Below, piece by piece: positions 8,035 through 18,246 of a DNA stretch of 64,000 nt (the first letter of the stretch is position 1; each line of letters starts with the position of its first letter). The translations under genes were made by a program, and so were the position numbers. Under the pieces are notes generated by a model, which saw only the letters and a list, made by a program, of their open reading frames with translations, was not told the origin of the DNA and did not search any database. The DNA comes from a virus. Taxonomy: Duplodnaviria > Caudoviricetes. Location of the stretch: IMG/VR virus record IMGVR_UViG_3300044655_001017; one strand, 5' to 3'.

Positions 8035-10530
8035 TTCTTGTATAACAATCCGTCAACATGTCCTACATCATACAGTTCAACTCGTGTTACTGTATGAAAC
8101 CCATATTCAGTAGATGGTACATAATCAATAAATGTGTCAATCGCAATATCTTGATCAACTAATCCGTATTCATTTATCTCTGCATACAAATCGTAAACCT
8201 GAGTATCATCATGCTCGTATGGGAAGTTATGACGATTAGGATTTTCTTTAATCTTTTCAATTAGTAACTTAACGTTCTCTAACGCGGTGTCACTGATTGG
8301 ATTAAATGCAGTTACATAGTCGCCGTCGTTAGTGTCTACTTCTACTAAAAGATAGTTTGCCATTGTTGTTGCTCCGCAGTTGTTGTAAATAAAAACATAT
8401 TATAGCAAGTTGCTAATTGGATTGCAAATGGTTTTATTACCAAGATGAGTTGTAGTATACCATATTGCCAAGTGATAGTTGCATTCTTGCTTCAGCAACA
8501 AATCGTAAATCCTGTTCTACTGCATCATCATCGTCGCTACTTTCTCCAAAGAAGAACCCAGAGGTATTTGGAAGTGTACGTTCCTTAATCTCCTTTTCCA
8601 GTCGCATTAGATCGCGTTCAGTGAGCTTTACTGGAACACCATTAAACTCCTCAATAGTTCCACCTTTACGTTGATACATGTTTTCCATCCACCCGTGTAA
8701 ATTTGGGTGTTTTCTCCAATACCAAATTTCAGTATGACCTTCTTCGTAATATGGGCTAAAATCTACTTCTTTATCTTTATCTTCGTCGCGTACTTGATTT
8801 GCTGAAACAGCGTACACAGACATATCTAATCCCAAAATAACCTCCCAAATATTATTAAAATAGCGCGTTTTTGTTTTTGTATAGTGTAGCATTAAAAACA
8901 TTTTAAAACGCTGTAGTCCGCAAAAACTGCTTGGAAAGCAAACTAAAGTTTTGTTATTGCTTGCAATGCTACGCATTAACAGCGGGGCCTATGCTGGCAT
9001 TACGCTTGCAATGTTACCAATTAAGTTCTGTGCAAACTCTATAGTAAAGTTGTATCGTGTGTCGCGTAATGGTTCAATAGGGATAGGTACATCAATAAAA
9101 TATGTAGTGTCTGATAGCTTACGAAGTTGTGATGGTAAAACGCCGGCATGTTTGGCTAAGGCTCTTTCTAAAGTAATGTTTGACATTGTGGTCTCCAAAG
9201 TTTAAAAGGAAAAAGGTGTATGTTGTCATACACCTTTATGTTGTTTATCGTACTACGGTCCAACGTGGGCTGAATGTTTTTCCTGCGTCACGACGCTTAA
9301 TGATTTTTTTAAACTCTTTAAGTTTGAGTTCAAGTATCTTAGCTTCGTCGTTTACAAGACATGCCGCATACATCTCTGTTACTAATGTTTTCTGTTTCAT
9401 GTGTTCACTCCTTGAATAGTATTTATAGGAACTATTGTTGTCCCTTTTTCTCGTATCCTTCTAATCGTGTGTTAAGGATGTTTAATTGTTTTTGTGTAAG
9501 TGAAAGTGACTCAAGCATATAACGAATGTCAGACTGTGTGTACCCATATATGAATGCCCAATTTTCTTCATTATTGAATGTTACAGAAGCTTTCCTTGCT
9601 AAGTTGTCTAAGGTTGCAATATGGTTTTCAATTACTGCGATTCTGTCTAATTTCATGCGATACTCCTAAAAAGAGAAAGCGCGTATTGCTACGCGCTGTT
9701 GAGTGTATTAATCTTCAAATCTTAATTCGTCATACTCGAGATCAGCAAGCACGTCATCTGTTTCCCATGAGTAGTCATCGTCGTCAAAATCGTATGTATC
9801 ATCGTCATCAGTTGCATCTGGATCAGCATAGTCAAACAAGTTGTCACCACTTTCAGTGTACAAGCCGTCTTTGCTAATCACATACTCAATTACTACGTCA
9901 GCAATCGTTTCTAATGGGCCTGCTAACGGCAAATTAGTGTAGTGTGGTGTGTTGCATTCAGGTTCAACAATCTCTAACTCTTCAGCAATATCTAAGTTAA
10001 ATAGTTCATCGCAACGTGTAAGATAGTTCACAGCACCCGAGGTGTTGTTACAGAATCCGTTATTGTAATAGTCATAATATAATCGTGTTACAGCTCTTAA
10101 CATTTCGCCTTCAACTGTACCTGCAGGACCACTTGACGGAACTAGTTTAGATAGTTCTTGGTAAGCTGCTTGATGTTTTCCATTGCTGTTCCAGTAAGTG
10201 TTGTTGCTCATATTATACTCTCCATTTGTTGTGTAAATAAAAACATATTATAGCAAACTGCTAGTGAATTGTAAAGAATTGTGTTAATCAATGTCCTTAA
10301 CTGGACGTACTTAATTATTTGTTGAGTAACACTAAACCGTATACTAAGTCATGTTCAAGATCAATGTCGTCATACGTTAAAATAAACTCTTCACCAGTGT
10401 CTTCGTGGTGTACATGGATCTCTTCAGCATCTGCAAAATCAATTACATAAGAATCATCACCTTGTACAAGGATTTTAGCTTCGCTAAACATTTCAATTAA
10501 CTTTTCATCAGTAACAGTAACAGTAGACAT
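8031..10530 (-). other. run of hypothetical early genes (8031-8363, 8437-8976, 8989-9198, 9245-9400, 9432-9656, 9708-10211, 10315-10530)
   Basis: Co-oriented ORFs with SD sites; 9245-9400 (51 aa, MKQKTLVTEMY) read by hand; 8437-8976 has the GLDM...YWRKHPNLHGW pattern seen in phage hypotheticals. Confidence 0.65.
10284..10310 (-). pseudogene. orphan 3' end of a WRLPT-family gene (VRPVKDID*)
   Basis: GTA CGT CCA GTT AAG GAC ATT GAT TAA right after the stop of an unrelated gene. Confidence 0.6.
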
Positions 10531-10614
10531 TGTGTACTCCTTTGTTGTTTAAGTAAAAATATATTATAGCAAACTACTTGCTGGTTTGCAAGTAGTTTGT
10601 ATATCAACTTCTAA

Positions 10615-11013
10615 TTAGTCGTTTGACCGATCACGAACGAATACAACCCCAAGATCTGTATACGCTTCACATTGATCTTTTTTACCTGTTTTCAAATCAA
10701 CAGCCCATATATCAAAGTCATCATACACATCTTCATCAATTGTCTCTGACGTCCATACTTGTCCGTATACTCTTACTCCTACATCAACAAATTCCCCTAG
10801 CATCTCTGCTTCTTTGCAAGTTGGTAATCTCCAACCGTCACCTAAGAACTTAGCAAAGTCATCTGCATTCCACCAACGATTATAATGTTGTGTACATTCA
10901 GGGGAAATTTCAAACGGTAGTTTACCTTTTTCAAGGTCAATCATTTCAAACAGACTCGTTGCGCTTGCTTGCAAATCATTAAGTTGAGACATAATTTGTT
11001 CTTGATTAGACAT
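10615..11013 (-). CDS. DUF1566-like protein with N-terminal extension
   Basis: GWRLPTCKEAE...VWTSE...IWAVDLKTG...VFVRD. Confidence 0.75.
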   Translation of the reverse strand: MSNQEQIMSQLNDLQASATSLFEMIDLEKGKLPFEISPECTQHYNRWWNADDFAKFLGDGWRLPTCKEAEMLGEFVDVGVRVYGQVWTSETIDEDVYDDFDIWAVDLKTGKKDQCEAYTDLGVVFVRDRSND

Positions 11014-11077
11014 AGTGTACTCCTTTGTTGTGTAAGTAAAAATATATTATAGCAAAATGCTATTGATTTGTAAAGAA

Positions 11078-11301
11078 CTAATTACGTCGTTTAGCTTTCG
11101 CTTGCCATGTTATTTCATTCTTACGATCTTTGTCCATACGTTTTAGTACTCGTTTCTCATCCTTAGCATACTTAATAACATTTGTACGGAGTTGGAGATA
11201 GCGATCTGCTCTCACATTATTCGCTCTAACACTTTGTCAGTTAGGCGATACAAACCATACAAAATTAGTAATGCCGATACTGATATAATCAGTTCGTGCA
11301 T
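11078..11301 (-). pseudogene. possible frameshifted small membrane-protein gene
   Basis: MHELIISVSALLILYGLYRLTDKV in one frame; a basic helical stretch continues in the -1 frame to TAG at 11078; span 224 nt. Confidence 0.35.
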
Positions 11302-11326
11302 TATTTGAAAAAGTTGTGGGCCAATT

Positions 11327-13593
11327 TCAATCATCATTTGCTACCTCAATAATCCTAACTTTACGATGCTTTGCAACCTTTCTTGCTTTGTGAGCTTTTA
11401 TTGTCTCACGAGCAGTATTTTCAAAATATGACGAAGCATGACCGGTATCATTATCTATGCCTACCCAAAACAATCCCCACAATTTATACTGTGGAAAATA
11501 TTCCACAGAAAGCTCGCCGGAATAATCATATGTTGGTTTTTCTAAGATTCTATATCTGCTCATCTGTTAACTCTCCAAACACTTCTAACTTAGAAGCAAT
11601 ACCATCTTCAACTGCCGCGTCTTGGATAGCATCTAAGAAATGAGCAAGTCCTATTGCTTCATCGGATCCCTGATTACACAACCATTCTTTTTGATTGCGT
11701 AACAATTCCCAGTTAGTGTCACTAATAACTTTTGATAACATAATGTGCTCCACAGTTGTTTAAGTAAAAACATATTATAGCAAGTTGCTAATGGATTGTA
11801 AAGATATTTATTGCTCAACTTCAGTAAGTGCTAACCAAGTGTCTTCTTTTGATGTATAGATTAACTCACACTCTTCTAAAATAGTTCTGCGCTCATCTTC
11901 CGATAGCTTTAACCAATTGTCTACTTTCTCGTAACTACCAACTGCTATAGGTGGCATACGATGAGATATCCAAATAGATGCATACTTGAGATGTACAATT
12001 TGATTACTTGGATGGCTAGACATCATTGCGCCTAAAAAATCATTAGCTAACACACTTTCCCAAAAACTGCCAGGTTTGAGTCCATGTATCAGATAGTTAA
12101 GCAATGGAAGCGAGTACTCTTCCGATACATGCTCAGTCTTAAATAATGTTTCTAATCGTTGTTTGCTAAATCGTGAGATGTTCATATACCAAAGTTTTCT
12201 CTAATCATTTCAGCACAAACAATCGCACCTTTTACCATAGGGTCGTCTTCATCAACTGGTTCTGATACTTCATCGCAAATACGCAATGCTTCACTAATAA
12301 TCAATTTAGCAAATTTCTCAATGCTAAATTCGTTAAACGCCTCTGCAGTTGGTTCATTTGGCATGTAACCAGCTTGCTCTGCAAAATCTCTAATTTGTTT
12401 GTTCATTATTTGGTCCTCAGGTTAACTTGTTAATCCAACTTTTGGGAAGTAGTATTTTCTCACCCAGTCAATAGTGCCTTGGTCGCATTGAAAATCCATT
12501 GGTTCGTTTTCTTTACCGTTACGATTTTTACACCATGTATCAATATTATAGTACCAAAAGCTAGTACGAGTTTCGGTAAAAGAATGAAGTCGTTCAATGA
12601 CAGTAAGAACAGAGCCGATTAATTTAAATTCTAACATCGTGTTAGTTCTCACATTCAGGATATTGACAAAATAGATTATGTAATGGACAAACGCCATTTA
12701 CTTTTTGATCGCAAACTTTTTTTACAACATGTTCGTTGTCCTCATTTAACCATTTATCAAATGCCTCAAAACTCTCTAAGGCTTCTTTAGGAATTGACGC
12801 GCGTCCGGACTCAACAGCCGCTTTCATCTTGTCTAAATCAAAATTAAAATCGTTCATAAGATCTCATTAGATAATGTTACAGTGCCATGGTAAGGCACCC
12901 AGGTATTGGGCATATAACGGTTTTTTTGGAGATTCCAATCAAGACCTATATAGTCTTTTGATTCTCCTTTCAAGATAGTGCTAGACGTTTCAGAAGAAAA
13001 CAAAACAATAGTACCATTTGGAAAAATTCCGAGTATTGGATACTTAATTTTTTCAATGGACTCTGTTTGATTTGTTGTTACTATAATTGCCATTGTCTAA
13101 TCTCCTCTTAAGCTGTAACGGTATAGGGCCGATCCCATTTTCCAATGTTGATGTCGCAATACCAGCCTACGTCAAAGTAGTCTGTCATAATATCACTGTT
13201 ATCATGATTGCCTTCAAACATGATCTCAAAAGCTTTATCTAAAAACTCTTTAGCTTTGCCATCAAAGTGATCAGTCCAGTGATGCGACACTTGCATATAC
13301 TTGCGATCTTTATTTTGATTGTAGTCTTTTTCTTTGTCAGCTGACCAATGATTAAGTTCTGCTACACGATCTGCATGATTAGTAATGAAATCAATTTTAC
13401 CTTTTGATACATTCAACTGCAAGGTGCTGTGATGGCGCACTGCTACTGTAGCAGTCAAACCATACTGTTTAGCTAATGCTCTTAAGCGTGGTGCTTTTGA
13501 GTCTTTATCTTCTTTTGATACATAAGCCATTTTTGCTACTCCGTTGTTGTGTAAGTAAAAATATATTATAACAAAGTGTAAGCTGGATTGCAA
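11327..13593 (-). other. run of hypothetical early genes (11327-11563, 11550-11753, 11808-12185, 12182-12406, 12422-12697, 12642-12857, 12854-13093, 13108-13593)
   Basis: Overlapping start/stop junctions; 13108-13593 ends DNSDIMTDYFDVGWY, resembling LPD29-type polyvalent-protein domains. Confidence 0.65.
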
Positions 13594-13600
13594 ATGGTTT

Positions 13601-13837
13601 TTAAACCGTTCTTACTGGGATCGCATAATATTGATGGTCAGTATCTTTAAAAATATCTTCATTACACCAAATGAGTAAAGTTATTAAGTCTCCAGTTTCG
13701 TGTTCAAATGGTAACCGCCAATCTTTGTATCCATTCTCGTTAGATGTCATACAATAAAGAACTGCTTCATCATATGGCATCCGTTGAGGTGATTTAATAC
13801 CTACTGCCATATTAAGTTTAGTCAATTTGCACATCAA
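13601..13837 (-). CDS. WRLPT/DUF1566-like mini protein (likely start MAVGIK at 13810)
   Basis: YDEAVLYC...DWRLPF...IPVRTV. Confidence 0.75.
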   Translation of the reverse strand: MMCKLTKLNMAVGIKSPQRMPYDEAVLYCMTSNENGYKDWRLPFEHETGDLITLLIWCNEDIFKDTDHQYYAIPVRTV

Positions 13838-13991
13838 CTAATTTCTCATCGCGAAAAATGTAGTAAGCATCTACTCTGCCATACGACACCCAAACACAGT
13901 TGTTACCACGTTTCATTGTGAAATTAGTAACGCCTTGAGCTGCAAGACTTGCTGTGATTTGGTCTACTTCAAATTGTTGTATTTGGTCCAT
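13818..13991 (-). CDS. 57-aa hypothetical protein not in ORF track
   Basis: MDQIQQFEVDQ...VQID* behind a class A promoter with GGAG SD. Confidence 0.65.
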   Translation of the reverse strand: MDQIQQFEVDQITASLAAQGVTNFTMKRGNNCVWVSYGRVDAYYIFRDEKLVDVQID

Positions 13992-14064
13992 AATGTGCTC
14001 CGCAGTTGTTTAACTAAAAATATATTATAGCAAATTACTTACTGGTGTGCAAATGGTTTGTTAC

Positions 14065-14849
14065 TCATGTTTTAAATTGTTCCCAAAAGTTAATCTTCGC
14101 TAAGTCTTTTTCAAACTCAGGATATACATCAGCTAAGTTCTCAGCTCTAACTGGACGGTAACCGGCTTTTAGCTTTTTGTGAATACGTTGTATTGCTTCA
14201 CCGCAATACCCAGTTCTTACAATCCAACTAGCCCGAGTTGGAATACCTTTCTCTTTGATTTCGTATGCACGGTCGCTTACTGTTGACACATAATCATTCA
14301 TTACTCTAATAGATCTTAGCTTGCCACCACGCTTACCCCACACAATGATATAGTCAGTAAACTTAATTGAGGAAAATCGTGTTAATAATGATTTGTCAGA
14401 TGGCTGTCCCATACTAATTACTGCCCATACTGTTTCAACTTTTCCAGTTGTCTTTAAACTTGCAAATGTTATGTTCATAGTTTCAATGTTTCCCAAAATG
14501 CAAGTTTATCTAAATCTTTTTCGAACTCTGGATATACTTCAGCTAACCGATCTGCAGAGATACTTTCATACTCTTTGTTAAGTTTCTTATTGATTAGTTT
14601 GCCAATAGTACTAAACCTACTGTAACGATCAGAGTTATAGTCTAACGATGGTGGATAATATCCTAATCGAGTCATCGATTGCAACTTGCCACCTCTTCTG
14701 CCCCAAGCAATTACATAATCAGAATACCATTCTTGTTGTTGATGTTTACCTAACTCAAGTACAACCCAAACGGTTTCTACTTTACCAGTTGTCTTTAAAC
14801 CTGCAAATGTAATTTTCATGTTAGTCCTATAAAACTTGATAGGTGGCAC
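14065..14849 (-). other. tandem pair of paralogous WGR-like genes (14065-14496, 14475-14849)
   Basis: Both have ITFA(S/G)LKTTGKVETVW, WG(K/R)RGGKL and YPEFEKDL. Confidence 0.7.
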
Positions 14850-16124
14850 GACCTCGATTAATAAATAGCTGCCGATTTGAACCTACACATCTGCAACAAT
14901 TCTTGTTACCAAGTTGAGAATGATCATTTGGCTGGAGACTACCTAAGTTAAAATCAGGAAATCTTGCCGACACTAATTCTTTTATCTTGGCATACGATAG
15001 TTCTTGGCCTTTATATGGTTGTAAGGCAACTAAAATCATATCATGATTTGTTAGCTTCATTCTGTAACTCCTGTGCTTTTTGTTTCAATGCTTCAATTCT
15101 ATGAAAGAAATCCTCACTAAGAGGAGTTATCTGATTGTTGTAATTTATGTAATCTTCAAGTGCCTTGATTACATTGTTTTCAAATACTTCGCTCTTGAGC
15201 ACAGGGCCTCCTAATTGATTGTAAAATATCCAGTGCGTTTACCTTTTAGTGTATAGAAACACGCATATCGCCTACCTGGTTCATACGTGTCACTGTTAGC
15301 AGTTGCGTATACGATAAGTTCTAAGTTAGGACCACGTTCTTGCATATGAGGTCCATCTAATGTTACTTTACCATTGTGAGGTAAGTCTGTTTCAGCAATA
15401 CGAATCTTGTAGTTGTCAACTTCTACGATACGTTTCTTTACAACTGGCTTTTTAACTTTAGCGTCTGCCATTATTCGTTCTCCTCAAAGTAACATTCTGG
15501 AATCATATCGTCAATGTTGAATTCTTCTTTCAACAGTTCTTCTAATGTTTCTGGATCAATGCGATCAAGTAACAACTTAATCATATACACTGGTTCAACT
15601 ACACCATCAGCTACCATTGCTACTACTGCATCTCTTGCACTGTAGGATGTTGTTGTTTCATCTGGGCGAATATAATCAGTATACTCAACTTTTGTAGCTT
15701 TTAAACGATCTGCAAGTAACAAGAATTCTGCGCAATGTTCTGACACATACCATGTGTCATCTTTTATTAAATAGAAAAACTCAGAATCATCATACCAATC
15801 TACAAACTCATGTTCAGATGCAAACTCATGTGCTTCAATATCATCTTCGTTGCGATCGCGTCCGTAAAACTCAGTATCTTCAATTGTTTCGCCTAATGAG
15901 CTTATGTCACCTAGATCACATAAATCGCCTACACCAATTAAGTCATAGTTCTCAATAAGTGTTTTACCAACATGTGATAAGTATCCGTCCCAATGACAAT
16001 ATACTGCACGGACAGTACCATCGTTTCTCATATAACCAATTGCGCTACGTGTTGCCATGTTATGCTCCTGTATATACAGCAGGGCCTTGCTTGCTGTAGT
16101 GTTTAAAAAAATATAGTATAACAA
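14827..16124 (-). other. hypothetical genes 14827-15060, 15211-15471, 15471-16124
   Basis: 15471-16124 carries MATRSAIG...VYCHWDGY, a widespread phage motif. Confidence 0.65.
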
Positions 16125-16145
16125 CTATTTGTTGATTTGTAAAGA

Positions 16146-16418
16146 CTATTTTACTTCACGTACCGGAACTGCCTTATTCTGCATAGCCGGTTCAACTTTA
16201 AAGAAATAATTGTTTTCATAATAAGCTTCTAAAGGCATTGTAGTTGTAGACGAATATTGCCATTCGTCTACCGTAGGTAACCTCCAATCATTATGCCCAT
16301 TATGATTACAGGTAAGGCAATACAGCCAAGCCTCTTCATAGTTGTTTACTATACGTGGCGGAGCACGATCAATCTTATAATCAATAATCATATGTCCCTT
16401 ACTGGTTGGCAGAACCAC
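16146..16418 (-). CDS. WRLPT/DUF1566-like mini protein
   Basis: YEEAWLYC...DWRLPT...VPVREVK. Confidence 0.78.
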   Translation of the reverse strand: MVLPTSKGHMIIDYKIDRAPPRIVNNYEEAWLYCLTCNHNGHNDWRLPTVDEWQYSSTTTMPLEAYYENNYFFKVEPAMQNKAVPVREVK

Positions 16419-16597
16419 TCTAGTTCCAGTTCTGGAAATCTATCTTCAAACCAACTCATTGTTATTTTAGAAGTTTCATATTCTCGATAAGTTGGCAATC
16501 GCCAATCTTTATGCCCATTATAGTCAAGTGTTAGGCAGTGCAGCCAAGCTTGGTCATGACTCATATCTTTTTCTATTTTTGGTGCATATTCAATCAT
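16388..16597 (-). CDS. WRLPT/DUF1566-like mini protein
   Basis: HDQAWLHC...DWRLPT...QPVRDI. Confidence 0.78.
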   Translation of the reverse strand: MIEYAPKIEKDMSHDQAWLHCLTLDYNGHKDWRLPTYREYETSKITMSWFEDRFPELELEWFCQPVRDI

Positions 16598-17106
16598 TTT
16601 ATATCCCTTACTGGTCTAACGTATAGGCCACCGTGGAACTTAAAGTTAGGGTATCTGCTACCATTTTCAAAACTCTGACTCCAAGCAGTATCTACACTTT
16701 GTTCATTAGAAGCCCAGTATCGACCACTACGAAAATCATTATCTGATTCATAGATTTGATTTAGTTCTTCTTTTGTTGGAAGTCGCCAATCAGTTTTTCC
16801 ATCAAAGTTAAGAAATAAACAATATGTTCGTGCAGTATCCCAACTACATGACTCCTCGGCAGATTTTGGTGCTATTTCAATATTCATATTATTCTCTTCT
16901 ACCGACCATTCTACATAGTCAATCAAATTTTGAATATCGCTGCGTAGGACTGTTGCACGGCATTGCCATTGATTATTCTCGGTTACGAGTTTGTCTTCGA
17001 GTGATTCAGAAGTAGCTAAAAGATTATTGAGTTTTAGTATTAGGATTTCTTTATGTGATAGGGATTTTCTCATCGTAGTTCTCCAGTTAAGTTTTGCATA
17101 TGGCAA
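16594..17106 (-). CDS. full-length DUF1566 domain fused to an unrelated N-terminal segment
   Basis: WDTARTYC...DWRLPTKEEL...YWASNE...AWSQSFENG...YVRPVRD. Confidence 0.85.
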   Translation of the reverse strand: MPYAKLNWRTTMRKSLSHKEILILKLNNLLATSESLEDKLVTENNQWQCRATVLRSDIQNLIDYVEWSVEENNMNIEIAPKSAEESCSWDTARTYCLFLNFDGKTDWRLPTKEELNQIYESDNDFRSGRYWASNEQSVDTAWSQSFENGSRYPNFKFHGGLYVRPVRDIK

Positions 17107-17114
17107 TTATCAGT

Positions 17115-17147
17115 TCAAGCACCGTTAGGTGCGACTTCAAAGTTCAT
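17115..17147 (-). pseudogene. 5' stub of a WRLPT-family gene (MNFEVAPNGA*)
   Basis: Matches the MNFEIAPRDKW start of the paralog at 17751; TGA sits at the Trp11 position. Confidence 0.6.
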
Positions 17148-17437
17148 ATTATGTCCCTTATTGCTCTAACGTAGTAGCTGCCGCCGTTCTTACTGGAGCT
17201 GAACTGGGTGCCACTGGTGAAAACCTGACCCCAGGCGCTGCTGCCATTGTACTCAGTAGAGGACCAGTAGTAGGCATCAATGAAATCATTTTTTGAATGG
17301 TAGATATAATCTAATTCCTCTTTAGTAGGCAGTCTCCATCCTTTCTTTCCATCTATTTCAAGAAAAAAACAATACATAACTGCTTCATCCCACGTGGCTT
17401 GTATCTCCGTTGTTTTTGGTGCTATTTCAATATTCAT
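17144..17437 (-). CDS. DUF1566 (C-type lectin fold) protein with DGR variable-repeat-like 3' end
   Basis: WDEAVMYC...WRLPTKEEL...YYWSSTEY...AWGQVFTSG...K...YVRAIRD; 35 consecutive codons (17171-17275) with no A in third position. Confidence 0.9.
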   Translation of the reverse strand: MNIEIAPKTTEIQATWDEAVMYCFFLEIDGKKGWRLPTKEELDYIYHSKNDFIDAYYWSSTEYNGSSAWGQVFTSGTQFSSSKNGGSYYVRAIRDII

Positions 17438-17781
17438 GTTATGTCCCTTACTGGAATCGCAGTAAACAGTTCGTCAAGATCAAAGTCGTCAACGGTATCT
17501 TCGTGTGTCCAAAACCCCCAATGATCAGCATCAAACCAATAGGAATTAAACTCCTCTAACTCTGGAAGGACTTCGGGATTCTCAAAATCATTACCCGGAT
17601 CTACTGTGTTTACTAACATGTCAGCTTCTTCATTAGTTGGCAATCGCCATCCTTTCTTTCCATCAATTTCAAGGAATAGGCAATACATTGCTCCTTGGTC
17701 GTAAGGAGTGTCTGCTAACCATTTGTCGCGTGGTGCTATTTCAAAGTTCATTTTATGTCCCTCACAGGTTTTACATACCAC
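17434..17781 (-). CDS. WRLPT/DUF1566-like mini protein (likely start MNFEIAP at 17751)
   Basis: YDQGAMYC...GWRLPT...IPVRDIT. Confidence 0.8.
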   Translation of the reverse strand: MVCKTCEGHKMNFEIAPRDKWLADTPYDQGAMYCLFLEIDGKKGWRLPTNEEADMLVNTVDPGNDFENPEVLPELEEFNSYWFDADHWGFWTHEDTVDDFDLDELFTAIPVRDIT

Positions 17782-17990
17782 TTGCGTTTAGTAATCTCAG
17801 CATCTTTATACCAAGAGTTCCCATCTACAAATTCATGAAAGGTCGGAAGTCGCCATCCTTTCTTACCATTGTAAGTAAACCAGAAGCAATACATTATTGC
17901 TTCATCATAAGTCATTTTGTTTTCGGATCTTGGTCCATGTTCTACGTGTGCCATAGTTATGTACTCCGTAAGGTTTGTAAATAAAAACAT
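17748..17990 (-). CDS. WRLPT/DUF1566-like mini protein
   Basis: YDEAIMYC...GWRLPT...KPVRDIK. Confidence 0.8.
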   Translation of the reverse strand: MFLFTNLTEYITMAHVEHGPRSENKMTYDEAIMYCFWFTYNGKKGWRLPTFHEFVDGNSWYKDAEITKRKWYVKPVRDIK

Positions 17991-18027
17991 ATTATAGCAA
18001 AATATTTATTAGTAAGCAAATGGTAAT

Positions 18028-18246
18028 TTAGTCAGAGTCCCGCACTGGGGTTACTTTGAAAAGATCAGATGTTGATGATCTAACATCATCTTGATGCCAT
18101 CCCCATATTTTGACAGAAGAATTATATTCTTCTCTTGTAGGTAGTCTCCATCCTTTTTTGCCGTCTACAATAAGAAAAAAGCAGTACATCATTGCTTCAT
18201 CGTATGTAAATTGTTTATCAATTGTTGGTAATATTTCTATGCTCAT
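18028..18246 (-). CDS. WRLPT/DUF1566-like mini protein
   Basis: YDEAMMYC...GWRLPT...TPVRDSD. Confidence 0.8.
   Translation of the reverse strand: MSIEILPTIDKQFTYDEAMMYCFFLIVDGKKGWRLPTREEYNSSVKIWGWHQDDVRSSTSDLFKVTPVRDSD

Noticed and set aside
4218-17990. Shared N-termini MRLLTSNAERT / MFLLTQTAER / MFLFTNL as a protein motif
   Set aside because: Artefacts of ORF calls starting inside the promoter-leader repeats; true starts follow the GGAG SD.
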